A stretch of DNA of 64,000 nt from Kofleriaceae bacterium (GCA_965215005.1 CBDCCZ010000006.1:64001-128000); one strand, 5' to 3'; numbered from the stretch's first letter, positions 13,517 to 23,846 are shown. Translations and numbers: made by a program. The notes: generated from the sequence alone by a model not told the origin.

Positions 13517-14524
13517 ATGCGTCTGGAACAGCTGGCGCGACTACCCGAGGTACTGTTCGAGATCGGCAAGGCCATCGGTTCCGATGAGGACGTGAGCCTG
13601 CTATTGGCGCGCATCTCCAAGCTCGTGTGTGAGCTGCTGGCGGCGGAAGCCTGCTCGGTGATGCTGCTGGATTCGAGCCGCGCGTGTCTGCTCGCCAAGG
13701 CTGCCTATGGGGTGCGCGCTGAGCGCATGAAGCTGCTCTCGTTTCAAGTGGGAGAAGGCGTCGCCGGCTGGGTTTGCGAGCATGGGGAGCCGGCGCTGAT
13801 AGGCGACGTGAGCACCGATCCGCGCTTCGTGGTGCTGCCGGACTCGCGCACCGCGATTGTGTCGATGGCGTGCGTACCACTATTGGCGCGAGGCGCTCGA
13901 GTGGGCGTCATGACCGCCACGTCGGGCAAGAAGCACGCGTTTCACTCCGGGGATGTCGAGCTGCTGAGCTTCATCGCCAAGACCATTGCGCTGGACGTGG
14001 AGAACATTCGGCTGCACCGGGTGTCGGTGACGGATCCGCTCACCGGCGCCTACAACCGCGAGTTCCTGCAGCGTCGCCTGCCCCACGAGATGGACGCAGC
14101 GCGAACCCGCGGTGAGCCGCTCGCGGTGGCCATGGTCGATGTCGATCACTTCAAGTCAATCAATGATCGTTTTGGTCACGAGGTCGGCGATCGGGTGCTG
14201 GCGGAGGTGTCGCGGCGATTGCGGCGCGCGATCCGCAAAGAAGACCTGCTAGTGCGTTACGGCGGTGAGGAATTTCTCGTGGTGCTGCCACGAGCCGGCG
14301 CCGAGCGTGCCGCCGAGATCGGCGAGCGCATGCGGCGCAAGATGCAAGCAGAGCCCATCGCGGCGGTGACCGAGGCCATCGAAGTGCGGGTGTCGGTCGG
14401 GGTAGCGCAACACCGACGGCCAGCAGATAGCTCCGAGACCACCACCGAGTTGGTGAGTCGCGCCGATCAAGCGTTGTACAGCGCCAAACGCAACGGTCGC
14501 AATCGGGTGGAGGTAGCGCAGTGA
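13517..14524 (+). CDS. GAF-sensor diguanylate cyclase
   Basis: GAF domain (GEGVAGWV…DPRF); TDPLTGAYNR, DVDHFKSINDRFGHEVGD, RYGGEEF; RxxD I-site RKED. Confidence 0.93.
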   Translation: MRLEQLARLPEVLFEIGKAIGSDEDVSLLLARISKLVCELLAAEACSVMLLDSSRACLLAKAAYGVRAERMKLLSFQVGEGVAGWVCEHGEPALIGDVSTDPRFVVLPDSRTAIVSMACVPLLARGARVGVMTATSGKKHAFHSGDVELLSFIAKTIALDVENIRLHRVSVTDPLTGAYNREFLQRRLPHEMDAARTRGEPLAVAMVDVDHFKSINDRFGHEVGDRVLAEVSRRLRRAIRKEDLLVRYGGEEFLVVLPRAGAERAAEIGERMRRKMQAEPIAAVTEAIEVRVSVGVAQHRRPADSSETTTELVSRADQALYSAKRNGRNRVEVAQ

Positions 14525-15879
14525 GCGGCGGAGAAGGTTCAGGACCCGAGGAGGGGGGCGAGAAGGAGCACGAGGTCGGCAGCGAGGCGGAGCTCGCCGC
14601 GACCGATGACGAAGGATGGTCTCTCGCGGCTAAGCAGAGTCGCCGTCAAGACACCGACGAAGACGGGTGGGCAGAGGAAGCGCATCGGGCTCGCGCTGGC
14701 AAGCGCCGGCGCCCGGAGCAAGTCGCCGCGAGGCCGCAATCCGCTGCCAACGCGCAGGCTCAAGCCGACGCGCGGCCCGAAGCCCCCGCGGAGCCGCAGG
14801 TTGACGCGCAGACGTCTGAGGCCGACGCCAACGCGCAGACGGCCGACGCCAACGCGCAGACGGCCGACGTCAACGCGCAGACGGCCGACGCCAACGCGCA
14901 GACGGCCGACGTCAACGCGCAGACGGCCGACGCCAACGCGCAGACGATCGATGCGCCCACATCGCAAGTAGCGGCTGCCGCGCAGGCATCAGGGCCCCAG
15001 CTCGAGCCGTACGCCTTGCCCGAGGAGCGCGACTTGCGTGCCGCCGTGGGGGTCGACAGCGCTCGAGGCTCCGGCTCGAGTGCCGGCCGCCGCGGGCGTC
15101 GCGGCATCGCTGCCCTTGCTGGAGGTATAGCGGCGCTGCTGGGCGTCGCGGCGTTAATCGTGATCGGCTACTTCAACAGCGACCACTACGTTCTGGCTTG
15201 CGGCGCCGAGCAGGTAACGGCGGAACGCGGCCGCGCCTTTCCACCGTGGGGCACGGAGCGGCTTGCTGGCCCGGCGTGGCAACCCATTCCCATCGAGCCC
15301 AGCAGCAACTGCGAGACCCGCGAGATGACGAGTCGCGCGGAGCTCGAATCCGCGTTCGCCAAAACGCTCTTTGCCCGCATCGATAGGCTCTTGTCGGGCG
15401 ACGGCGTCAAAGACATTGCTCTGGCCGAGACCCTCATCACGCAAGGATTACTGATCTCGCGCACGCCCGCTCGCAACGAGATGCGCAGTCAGCTGCAGCG
15501 GATGCGCGGTGACATTCTCTATTGGCAAGCTGCCGACGAAGCACGCGCCGCCGCTGAGCGTCTGCGAGCTGCTGCCGAGCAGTTTGGCGCCGCCGCAGGG
15601 TTCAACCCTCGCCACGTTCGTGATGCTCAAGCCTGGGCCAATTTTCTGGCTGAGCTCGATACGCGGCTCACCCGTGGCCCCCGTGGCTCCAACGCGCCGG
15701 CATTGACGCCGGATGCGTCAGCCCCCATCACCGCGCCATCGGGACTCGACTTGACGCGCGATGAGGGCAGTGTCGATGCCGAGCCAGGAATTGCTTTGCC
15801 GCCCGAAGAAGCTCTGCCGGCAGCCCCCGACTCGCAACCGATTGACGCCGGCGTTCCGCGGGGCGGCGTGCTCCTTTAA
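14521..15879 (+). CDS. Hypothetical bitopic membrane protein with heptapeptide repeats
   Basis: GTGA overlap with the DGC stop; acidic disordered N-terminus, one TM (IAALLGVAALIVIGYF), helical C-terminal domain. Confidence 0.7.
   Translation: MSGGEGSGPEEGGEKEHEVGSEAELAATDDEGWSLAAKQSRRQDTDEDGWAEEAHRARAGKRRRPEQVAARPQSAANAQAQADARPEAPAEPQVDAQTSEADANAQTADANAQTADVNAQTADANAQTADVNAQTADANAQTIDAPTSQVAAAAQASGPQLEPYALPEERDLRAAVGVDSARGSGSSAGRRGRRGIAALAGGIAALLGVAALIVIGYFNSDHYVLACGAEQVTAERGRAFPPWGTERLAGPAWQPIPIEPSSNCETREMTSRAELESAFAKTLFARIDRLLSGDGVKDIALAETLITQGLLISRTPARNEMRSQLQRMRGDILYWQAADEARAAAERLRAAAEQFGAAAGFNPRHVRDAQAWANFLAELDTRLTRGPRGSNAPALTPDASAPITAPSGLDLTRDEGSVDAEPGIALPPEEALPAAPDSQPIDAGVPRGGVLL
14821..14946 (+). 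repeat. Coding tandem repeat, 21 bp x 6 (GCCGACG[C/T]CAACGCGCAGACG = AD[A/V]NAQT)
   Basis: Six contiguous near-identical units read directly from the sequence. Confidence 0.92.
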
Positions 15880-15916
15880 ACGTGTTGACTCGGCTGCGCC
15901 ACGTTGGTGGGCCGCC

Positions 15917-16936
15917 CTAGCTGCCCGCGCTCAGAGCGCGATCGATCTTGATCTTGAGCTCGACGTAGCGGCGTAGAAAGGTCGAGTGGCGGTCGCGGAA
16001 CGCCTGCAGATACCGCCGCTCGCGCCGTTGTAGACGCGCCGCTTCTTCGAGCTCCTCGAGCCGATCGAGAAGCTGTCGCGGGCTGTCAAACTCCTGCAGC
16101 AGCACTGAGGAGCGGCTGTCTTCGATGAGCTCGAGGGAGCCAGCGCCAGGAGCACCGTAGGCGAGTACGATGAGCTGCGGATCTTGTGCTTTGATGCTGC
16201 GCGTGACCATCGAGACCGGCAGGTCCGCCAACGTGTCGGCCACCAACACGTAATCGAACCGGGATGAGCTGGCGCGGTCGAGCGCTTCCCCGCCGGTCAC
16301 CGCGCGCTCAAACGCCCACGCCGAGGGCGCCATCTGCTGCAGCGCTTCCATGAGAGTTGCCTCGACATCGACCAGCAACACCCGCGCCGGTTCGCTGCGG
16401 CCAGGATTTCGGCCTGCTGAGCGATCGGCGGCATCGAGAGCGCGCTTTTCGGCATCGATGAAGCGCTCGAGAAACTCCTCGTGAACCTCGCGCACCTCGC
16501 TGAGCACCGAGTCGACCTGTCGGAGGTCGACCGAGCGGCCAACCGCATCCAGCACCCGCTGCTCCAGGTAAGGCACCGCATCGGGCGCTTTGAGAATGAT
16601 ATCCACCGCGCCCGCACGAACCGCAGCCACGCCGTCGTCAAACGACTTTCGCGGCATGAGGACGATGACCATCGACGTCGGTGACTGCTCTTTGACCGCC
16701 TTAATAGTGGCGAGCCCCGCACCAGGCTGCGGCGTGTCGAGATCGGTTAGCACCACGGTGAAGAATCGACGTTCGATTTCGCGATAGGCGGCAGTTGGCT
16801 CCGACACGCAGGTGACATGCAGCCCAGCGGCAGACAATAGCTGCGTCATCCCTTTCTGCACCCGCTCGTCTTTGTCCACGAGCAGCACCTCCGCACCAAT
16901 GAGAGCACGCGCCGCTCGCGTTGAGTCGTTTGTCAT
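15917..16936 (-). CDS. Response regulator with two receiver-like domains and helical linkers
   Basis: VLLVDKD…VVLTDL…GAVDIILK receiver; second degenerate receiver VLLVDVE…FDYVLVAD. Confidence 0.75.
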   Translation of the reverse strand: MTNDSTRAARALIGAEVLLVDKDERVQKGMTQLLSAAGLHVTCVSEPTAAYREIERRFFTVVLTDLDTPQPGAGLATIKAVKEQSPTSMVIVLMPRKSFDDGVAAVRAGAVDIILKAPDAVPYLEQRVLDAVGRSVDLRQVDSVLSEVREVHEEFLERFIDAEKRALDAADRSAGRNPGRSEPARVLLVDVEATLMEALQQMAPSAWAFERAVTGGEALDRASSSRFDYVLVADTLADLPVSMVTRSIKAQDPQLIVLAYGAPGAGSLELIEDSRSSVLLQEFDSPRQLLDRLEELEEAARLQRRERRYLQAFRDRHSTFLRRYVELKIKIDRALSAGS

Positions 16937-17832
16937 CTCGGTGCTCGGAAACGAAACGGCCAGACGAACGCGAGCGCATCGCGTCCGGGCGCGTTCGGCA
17001 ACGGCCAGCTCTTCACCAGTCCGATTAGGCAAAAGGCCAGCGACTCCGAGCCCGTCGAGTTGGAGACTGCTCGCACCGCTTCGGCTCGACCCGCCGGTGT
17101 CACCTTGAACTGCAGCTCGATGGTTCCTTGCAGCGGCGAGGTCGGCGAGCTTGCCTTGGCGGCTTGCTGATAACAGCGCTGAAGCTGCGCGTCGTGGCGC
17201 TTGACAACCAAACCTATCAGCGCCGCCACCTTCTCGACCTCGTCGGCAGTCGCAGGCCCGGCAGGACGGCCGGTATCGGCTGCGCCCTCACCATCATCTG
17301 CGCCCTCGCCATCATCGCTGGCCGGCGCCTCGCCACCTTCACTCGCTGGCGTCTCGCCACGGGATTCGCCACCGGCGGGACGCGACCGCGGCTTGCTGGG
17401 CACCTTGCGCGGCGCCTGCGCGCCTTTGCTTCTCGGTGGCTCATCCGTCGTCACCGGAGTCGGCGGCTCGACCTCGACCTCGACCTCGGAAACCACTTCC
17501 TCCGCCTCCGGCGCCACCCACGCCACCTCTGCCGCGCGCTGTCGCGCTCCGCAGTACGACACCATCATGGCGACACCGGCGACCACCAGCACCAGATCGA
17601 GCCCGAGTACCACCGCCACCCGACTCCGTCGTCCAGCGCGCGACGCCGGCAGCTCGAACAACGACACGTGCGACTCGTCGCGCATCCCCAAACTCTCGTC
17701 GGACTGCGACGCTCTCACCTCAGCACCAGGCGTGGCTTCCGCAGCCTCGCTCGAGGTCGCGAACCGCTGGCCGCATACGCCGCAAAAGCGCGATCCCTGG
17801 GGAGCCTCGGCGGCGCAGCTCGGGCAGCGCAT
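16933..17832 (-). CDS. Zinc-ribbon / TM / AgmX-PglI-like (TonB-like) C-terminal domain protein
   Basis: CPSC…FCGVCG N-terminus; TM; LQRCYQQA…GTIELQFKVTPAG…CLIGLVKSW…WPFRF. Confidence 0.75.
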   Translation of the reverse strand: MRCPSCAAEAPQGSRFCGVCGQRFATSSEAAEATPGAEVRASQSDESLGMRDESHVSLFELPASRAGRRSRVAVVLGLDLVLVVAGVAMMVSYCGARQRAAEVAWVAPEAEEVVSEVEVEVEPPTPVTTDEPPRSKGAQAPRKVPSKPRSRPAGGESRGETPASEGGEAPASDDGEGADDGEGAADTGRPAGPATADEVEKVAALIGLVVKRHDAQLQRCYQQAAKASSPTSPLQGTIELQFKVTPAGRAEAVRAVSNSTGSESLAFCLIGLVKSWPLPNAPGRDALAFVWPFRFRAPR

Positions 17833-17927
17833 AGGCGCCTATACTAGCACCGTCGTTTCCACCCAAACCGGTCCAGCGGCGTTCGATCGCACTGCTGTGA
17901 TACGCTTTCTGGCCGAGGTAACAGGGG

Positions 17928-19100
17928 ATGAGCCAGATCCTAGACCGCGTGCTCAGCGCCGCTCGCCAGCTCGGTGCGTCGGACGTGCATCTGAAAGCTG
18001 GATTGCCGCCCATCTTTCGCATCAAGGGCGAGCTGCGCACCGTTCGCGACGTGCCGGCGCTCACGCGTGAGTCGATTGCCAGCTTCGCGTTGCACATGAT
18101 GAACGATCGGCAACGCGAAGAGTTCGAGAAGAACATGGACGTCGATCTCGCCTACGGCACCCCCGACGGCGTGCGCTATCGCGTCAACCTGTTTCAACAG
18201 CGCGGCACCGTCGGTATGGTGCTGCGCTTGATTCCGCCGGAGGTGCCGCCGTTCGAGCGACTCAACCTGCCGGCGACCGTCCTCGGGCTCGCCGACAACA
18301 GCCGCGGATTGGTGCTGGTCACCGGTGTCACCGGATCCGGCAAGTCGACCACGCTCGCGGCGATGATCGACTACATCAATCAGCGCAACGCGTATCACAT
18401 CGTTACGGTCGAGGATCCGGTCGAATACGCGTTCCGCGACAAGCGCTCGGTGATCAATCAGCGCGAGGTCGGCTTCGACACCCAGTCGTTTGCGCGCGCG
18501 TTGCGTGCGGCACTTCGCCAAGACCCGGACGTGATTTTGGTTGGCGAGATTCGCGATCTAGACACCGTGAGCATTGCTCTGACCGCTGCGGAAACCGGTC
18601 ACTTGGTGTTGTCTACGCTGCACACGGTGGATGCGACCGAGACGATCAATCGGCTCATCTCGATGTTTCCCACGCATCAACAACAACAAGCGCGCCTGGC
18701 GGTCGCCGCCGTGCTCAAAGGCGTGGTCAGTCAGCGCCTGTTGCCGCGCGCCGACGGCAAAGGGATGGTTCCTGCCCTCGAGGTGATGGTTGCCACCGAG
18801 CGCGTGCGCGAGCTCATCGAGGACCCGCATCGGACGCGCGAGATCAACGACGCAATTGCCGAAGGCCTCCACCCTTACGGCATGATCTCATTCGACCAAA
18901 GCCTTGCCGATCTGGTAAAGCGTCGGCTGGTCACGTACGAGGAAGCCGTCAAGCACTCGACCAGCCCGTCGGACTTCGCGCTGCTCTTTCGCGGCATCTC
19001 TGGCGGCGCAACCCCTTGGGACGGCTCGAGCGGTGGCGAAGGCGATGCGTCGGCAGGGTTTAGCGATGAAGAACTGGAAATCGACAGGTTCGGCAAGTAA
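17928..19100 (+). CDS. pilT: PilT/PilU family type IV pilus ATPase (paralog)
   Basis: ASDVHL, GVTGSGKSTT, TVEDPVE, ALRQDPDVILVGEIRD, AAETGHLVLSTLHT. Confidence 0.9.
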   Translation: MSQILDRVLSAARQLGASDVHLKAGLPPIFRIKGELRTVRDVPALTRESIASFALHMMNDRQREEFEKNMDVDLAYGTPDGVRYRVNLFQQRGTVGMVLRLIPPEVPPFERLNLPATVLGLADNSRGLVLVTGVTGSGKSTTLAAMIDYINQRNAYHIVTVEDPVEYAFRDKRSVINQREVGFDTQSFARALRAALRQDPDVILVGEIRDLDTVSIALTAAETGHLVLSTLHTVDATETINRLISMFPTHQQQQARLAVAAVLKGVVSQRLLPRADGKGMVPALEVMVATERVRELIEDPHRTREINDAIAEGLHPYGMISFDQSLADLVKRRLVTYEEAVKHSTSPSDFALLFRGISGGATPWDGSSGGEGDASAGFSDEELEIDRFGK

Positions 19101-20550
19101 CCGGCAAGCGCATCTCGCGCTGCGCATTGCGATCATTCTCGCGATTTTATCCGCGCCTATCGCCGCGCTGGCCGGTAAGCGAATCGTGGTGCTCGACTTT
19201 GAGGGCCCTCGCGCCCGGTCGTTTCACCGCGCGGTCGAGCGCATCGTCGAAAAGAAACACAACGTCATCTCGCACCGCAAGTACATGCGCGTCGCCAAGC
19301 GCCTCAAGGCGGGCAGACCGACCGCAGAGAACGTGCAGCGAGTGACCGCGGAGCTGTCGGCAGATGGGGTGGTGGTGGGGGTGGTCGAGCGGCGTCGGGG
19401 ACGCTACGTGCTCACGTTGAAGTTGCGAGCCGGTGCCGATGGCGCGTTCGGCGAGGACATCGTGGTGCGGAGTCGGCGGCCGAAGCTGCGAGGCAGGGAC
19501 CTGCGTGAGGTCCGCCGCAAGCTACTTGCCGCGATCGAGGCGCTGCCCAGCAGCGGCGTCATCGAGCTCGACGAGCCGGTCGTGCTCGAAGAGCCAGTCG
19601 GAGAAGACGCGGGCGATGGGCAAGAGGTCGCGCCAGAGCCAGCTCCATCGCGGCCCGCCGAGGTCGCCGCACGCCCCGCCGAGGCCGAGGCAAACGCAAT
19701 CGCCGACGACAACGAAATCGCCGACGCCAACGAAACCGTGCCGCAGCCAAGCTCTCGTGAGCCGATCGATGCGATCGACTTGACGCTCGGCATGAGCTTC
19801 GTGGCTCGCCAGCTCGACTTCAACGTTGCAGCAAACCTTGGCCCGGCCTCGCCGCAAGGCTATGACGGCGCGCCGGTTGCGGGGGCCTACATCGAGGGCT
19901 CGTTCTACCCGCTGGCGTTGATAAGCGACGGCTTCCTCGCCAACATCGGCGTCACCGGCGTCTACGATCGCGTCATCGAGATCAAGTCGACGCTCAACTA
20001 CAACGCCGATGGTCGGTCGATGACTGCCAACCTCGGCACCACGCAGCAGCACTGGGGAGTGGGAGCCGTGCTCCGCTACGCCCTCGGCTCAGGGCCGAAG
20101 AGTCCAACCGTTCGCGCCCACGTTCGCTATAACCGCCTGAGCTTCCAAATCGCCAAAGACGAGGCTCCTGCAGGGGTCATGGTCGACATTCCCAACGTCG
20201 ACTACACCTATATCGATCCCGGCGTGGGACTCCGCTATCCGCTAACGAACGCGGTGGCGCTCGGCCTCGACGCCCGCTTCATGGTCATCACCGACACCGG
20301 CGAGATGCAGTCGACGGAGCAGTACGGAGCCGCGACAGTGTTCGGCGGCGAAGGCGAAGTGATGCTCGAATATCGCTTCCTCTCGGCCGTTTCCGCTCGA
20401 CTGGGCGGCCTCTATCGCACCATCGGCTTCGACTTCGACGGCAACGGAGCGCTCACGCGCGAGCGCGATGGCGACCCGCAGACCGAAGACGTTGGCGGTG
20501 CTCGTGATGTCTACGTCGGCGGCTACCTGGCGCTCGGTTTGACCTTCTGA
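19066..20550 (+). CDS. Hypothetical outer-membrane beta-barrel protein with basic N-terminal periplasmic domain
   Basis: Signal-like hydrophobic stretch; alternating beta strands; C-terminal YLALGLTF (Bam-type Phe); start uncertain. Confidence 0.65.
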   Translation: MKNWKSTGSASNRQAHLALRIAIILAILSAPIAALAGKRIVVLDFEGPRARSFHRAVERIVEKKHNVISHRKYMRVAKRLKAGRPTAENVQRVTAELSADGVVVGVVERRRGRYVLTLKLRAGADGAFGEDIVVRSRRPKLRGRDLREVRRKLLAAIEALPSSGVIELDEPVVLEEPVGEDAGDGQEVAPEPAPSRPAEVAARPAEAEANAIADDNEIADANETVPQPSSREPIDAIDLTLGMSFVARQLDFNVAANLGPASPQGYDGAPVAGAYIEGSFYPLALISDGFLANIGVTGVYDRVIEIKSTLNYNADGRSMTANLGTTQQHWGVGAVLRYALGSGPKSPTVRAHVRYNRLSFQIAKDEAPAGVMVDIPNVDYTYIDPGVGLRYPLTNAVALGLDARFMVITDTGEMQSTEQYGAATVFGGEGEVMLEYRFLSAVSARLGGLYRTIGFDFDGNGALTRERDGDPQTEDVGGARDVYVGGYLALGLTF

Positions 20551-20586
20551 TGAGGACCTGCGCGTTCGCCGGCGGCGCCGCGCTGC

Positions 20587-20835
20587 TCAGTGAGCCCGCA
20601 GGCGCTCGGCAAACTCGCGCAGCCGCTTGCCGACGTCGGAGAACACTCGCTCGGTAGTTTCGGCCATCTTCTCGCCGCCGCTGGCCAGCTGATCCTCGAG
20701 GTGCTCGAGCTTTGGCTCGAGGTCTTGCTTCCAATAATCCTTCGCTTCCATACCGCCGAGCTTGAGCTTGAGCAGGATTTCGTCGCGGAGCCGCGACAGC
20801 TCCGAAAGCGCGCTGGTCTTGTCTTGCGTGTTCAT
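20587..20835 (-). CDS. Small coiled-coil hypothetical protein (82 aa)
   Basis: LRDEILLKLKLGGMEAKDYW…LEPKL amphipathic helices; sigma54 promoter directly upstream. Confidence 0.7.
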   Translation of the reverse strand: MNTQDKTSALSELSRLRDEILLKLKLGGMEAKDYWKQDLEPKLEHLEDQLASGGEKMAETTERVFSDVGKRLREFAERLRAH

Positions 20836-20847
20836 GAGGGCATGATT

Positions 20848-20864
20848 TGCATACCGCAAGCCAA
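20848..20864 (-). promoter_or_regulatory. Sigma54 (-24/-12) promoter
   Basis: Minus strand TTGGCTTGCGGTATGCA: GG-N10-GC. Confidence 0.6.
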
Positions 20865-21045
20865 TCCTGAAGCCGCAGAACCCCCTCATTCACCGGGTTT
20901 CTGCCGGCAGTCGTGAGGCCTCCTGAGACGCTGTGTCGCATCTGTGACACTGAGGCGGATTCGCACCGGCTCAGCACCCTCCCACGTCCACCGACGGCGT
21001 CGAGCAATGGCTGACCGCCGCATTCCGCGATAGCTTTCTCCGGTT

Positions 21046-23706
21046 ATGCAGGCAGACCGGGTCCGTTCCAGCTTCCTCGAATTCTTTGCCGCCCGCCACC
21101 ACGAGCGCGTCCACTCCGCCTCCGTGGTGCCATCCGATGACCCGACGCTCCTGTTCACCAATGCTGGCATGGTGCCGTTCAAGGACGTCTTCACCGGCAA
21201 CGAGTCGCGCCCCTACTCGCGCGCCACCTCGTCGCAACGATGTGTTCGAGCCGGCGGCAAGCACAACGATCTCGATCAAGTCGGCAAGACCGCGCGCCAC
21301 CACACCTTCTTCGAGATGCTCGGCAACTTCTCGTTTGGCGACTACTTCAAAGAGGACGCCATCGCCTGGGCGTGGGAGCTCCTCACCGGCGTGTGGCAGC
21401 TGGATCCGAGCCGCCTGGTCATCACCGTCCACCGCGGCGATGAGGTCATGGGCCTGGGGCCAGATCGGGAAGCGCGAGCGATTTGGCGGCGAGTGTCGGG
21501 GCTCGGCGACGACCGCATCCTCGATATGAGCAGCAAGGATAACTTCTGGATGATGGGGGAGACCGGGCCGATGGGCCCGTGCTCCGAAATCCACTACTAC
21601 ATCCACGGAACGCCGCGCGCGATGCCGCCAGCCGCTGGCCCCGAGAGTGCTTGGGAGGGCTGGGTTGAGCTGTGGAACCTGGTGTTCATGCAGTACGAGC
21701 GCAAGGTCGCCGGTGGCGCGCTCGAGCCACTGCCGGCCCCTTCGATCGACACCGGTGCGGGCCTGGAGCGGGTCACCGCGGCGGTCCAAGGCGTAGTCTC
21801 CAACTACGAGACCGACCTGTTTACGCCACTCTTGAGCCTTGCGGCCGAGCTCGCCGGCACGCGCTATGGAAGCGATCCGCAGGCTGATACCTCGATGCGC
21901 GTCATCGCCGACCACGCGCGTGCCACAGCATTCTTGGTCGCCGACGGCGTGTTCCCCGATAAGAACGAACGCAACTACGTGCTGCGGCGCATCTTCCGCC
22001 GCGCGGTCCGCCACGGTCATATGCTCGGCATCGGCGAGCCGTTCATGCACGAGGTCTGCGCCAAGGTCATCGACATGATGAAGGGTGCCTATCCTGAGCT
22101 CGCCGAGCGCGCCTCCACCATCCGCGAGATCGCCACCGAAGAGGAGAAGCGCTTCCGGGCCACGCTCGAGCGCGGCATTCATCTCCTCGATGAGGAGTTT
22201 TTGCGCATGGAGCGTGCGGGGGAACAAGTCGTGCCGGGCGCGCGGGTGTTTCAGCTGTACGACACCTTTGGGTTTCCCGCCGACCTCACCGAAATCATCG
22301 CGCAGGAACACAACTACGCGGTCGACAACGAAGGCTTCGAAACCGCCCTCGCCGGGGCTCGCGAGCGCTCGAGCTTTCAGTCGAGCGACGTGGCTGTCGA
22401 AACACTCTATAAGCAACTCGCCGACGAGCTCGGCCCCACCGGGTTCCTAGGCTACGACGTCGACGAAGGCAGCGGGACCTTACTGGCGATCGTCCACGAG
22501 GGCCGGCGCGTCAACGATGCCCCGCGCGGCGCGCAGATCGCCTTCATCACCGATAAGACGCCGTTCTATGGCGAGTCCGGCGGTCAAATGGGCGACACCG
22601 GCGTCATCACCACCGCCGCCGGAGCAACGATTCGCATCGATGACACCAAAAAGCCGTTTGGCGACATGGTCGTCCATCTCGGCGAGGTCACCGAAGGTCG
22701 GGTGGCCGTCACCGACGAGGTTCGCTTCACCATCGACTCGCCGCGCCGGCAGCTCATTCGCGCAAACCACTCGGCGACGCACCTGCTCCACTTGGCGCTC
22801 AAGCGCTATCTCGGCGATCACGTGGCCCAAAAGGGCTCGCTCGTCGCGCCAGATCGACTGCGTTTCGACTTCGCCCACTTCAATCCGCTCACCGATGAGC
22901 AAAAGCGCCAGGTCGAAGATTGGGTCAACCGCGAGGTCTTCGCCAACCTCGACACCACCACCGAGGTGCTGTCCATCGAAGAGGCCAAGAAGCGCGGCGC
23001 GGTGGCGATGTTTGGCGAAAAATACGGCGCAACGGTGCGAGTCGTGGGCATAGGCGGCGAATCGCTCGAGCTCTGCGGCGGCACTCACGTACGCCGCACC
23101 GGCGACATCGGCCTATTCAAGATTGTCTCCGAGGCGGGTGTGGCTCAAGGTGTCCGTCGCATCGAGGCAGTCACAGGTCCCGGCGCCGTGCAGTACTTGC
23201 GGCGCCTCGAGGATGAGCTCACGACGGTGGGAACGCAGCTGCGCGTTGCACCCATGGAGGTGGCAACGCGCGTCGAAAAGATGACCGCCGAGCTTCGGCG
23301 GCTCGAGAAGGAGGTGCAGAGTCTCAAGGGTAAGCTCGCCTCGGGCGGTGCACGCGATCTCATGAGCGAGGTCAAAGACATCGGCGGGGTCAAAGTGTTG
23401 GCGGCGTCGACCGAGGTCGATGATCCCAAAGCGCTGCGCGACACCGGCGATTCGCTACGCGATCGGCTCGGCTCGGGGGTGGTGTTCTTGGCGGGGATCG
23501 GCGACGGCAAGGTGTCGATGGTAGCCATGGTGAGTAAAGACCTAACCAAGCGCTTTCACGCCGGAAAGCTTCTGCAAGCCGCTGCCGAAAAGGTAGGAGG
23601 GCGCGGCGGCGGCCGGCCGGATATGGCGCAAGGCGGCGGTAAAGACCCAGCCAAGGTCGCTGAGGCTGTCGATGCTGCGCTGGCCTACATTTCCTCGGTG
23701 GCGTGA
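21046..23706 (+). CDS. alaS: Alanine--tRNA ligase
   Basis: DPTLLFTNAGMVPFK, HHTFFEMLGNFSFGDYFK, NHSATHLLH, ELCGGTHV, GGRGGGRPDMAQGGG. Confidence 0.98.
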   Translation: MQADRVRSSFLEFFAARHHERVHSASVVPSDDPTLLFTNAGMVPFKDVFTGNESRPYSRATSSQRCVRAGGKHNDLDQVGKTARHHTFFEMLGNFSFGDYFKEDAIAWAWELLTGVWQLDPSRLVITVHRGDEVMGLGPDREARAIWRRVSGLGDDRILDMSSKDNFWMMGETGPMGPCSEIHYYIHGTPRAMPPAAGPESAWEGWVELWNLVFMQYERKVAGGALEPLPAPSIDTGAGLERVTAAVQGVVSNYETDLFTPLLSLAAELAGTRYGSDPQADTSMRVIADHARATAFLVADGVFPDKNERNYVLRRIFRRAVRHGHMLGIGEPFMHEVCAKVIDMMKGAYPELAERASTIREIATEEEKRFRATLERGIHLLDEEFLRMERAGEQVVPGARVFQLYDTFGFPADLTEIIAQEHNYAVDNEGFETALAGARERSSFQSSDVAVETLYKQLADELGPTGFLGYDVDEGSGTLLAIVHEGRRVNDAPRGAQIAFITDKTPFYGESGGQMGDTGVITTAAGATIRIDDTKKPFGDMVVHLGEVTEGRVAVTDEVRFTIDSPRRQLIRANHSATHLLHLALKRYLGDHVAQKGSLVAPDRLRFDFAHFNPLTDEQKRQVEDWVNREVFANLDTTTEVLSIEEAKKRGAVAMFGEKYGATVRVVGIGGESLELCGGTHVRRTGDIGLFKIVSEAGVAQGVRRIEAVTGPGAVQYLRRLEDELTTVGTQLRVAPMEVATRVEKMTAELRRLEKEVQSLKGKLASGGARDLMSEVKDIGGVKVLAASTEVDDPKALRDTGDSLRDRLGSGVVFLAGIGDGKVSMVAMVSKDLTKRFHAGKLLQAAAEKVGGRGGGRPDMAQGGGKDPAKVAEAVDAALAYISSVA

Positions 23707-23846
23707 AATGGCTTCGTGAGTGAGCTGCCCTAGGAGCCGCGCGGCAGCGAGTACCGCCTAGCACCGAGGCGCAACGCAGCGAGGCGCGCGTCAACAGACG
23801 CGAATTGACAGCATTCCGAGCGAAGCGGGATACTGGCCGCGCTCTG

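Noticed and set aside
14821..14946. 21-bp repeats as a CRISPR array
   Set aside because: Units are contiguous with no spacers, in frame within a CDS, and no cas genes are present.
20971..22416. 481-aa minus-strand ORF
   Set aside because: Antisense shadow of alaS.
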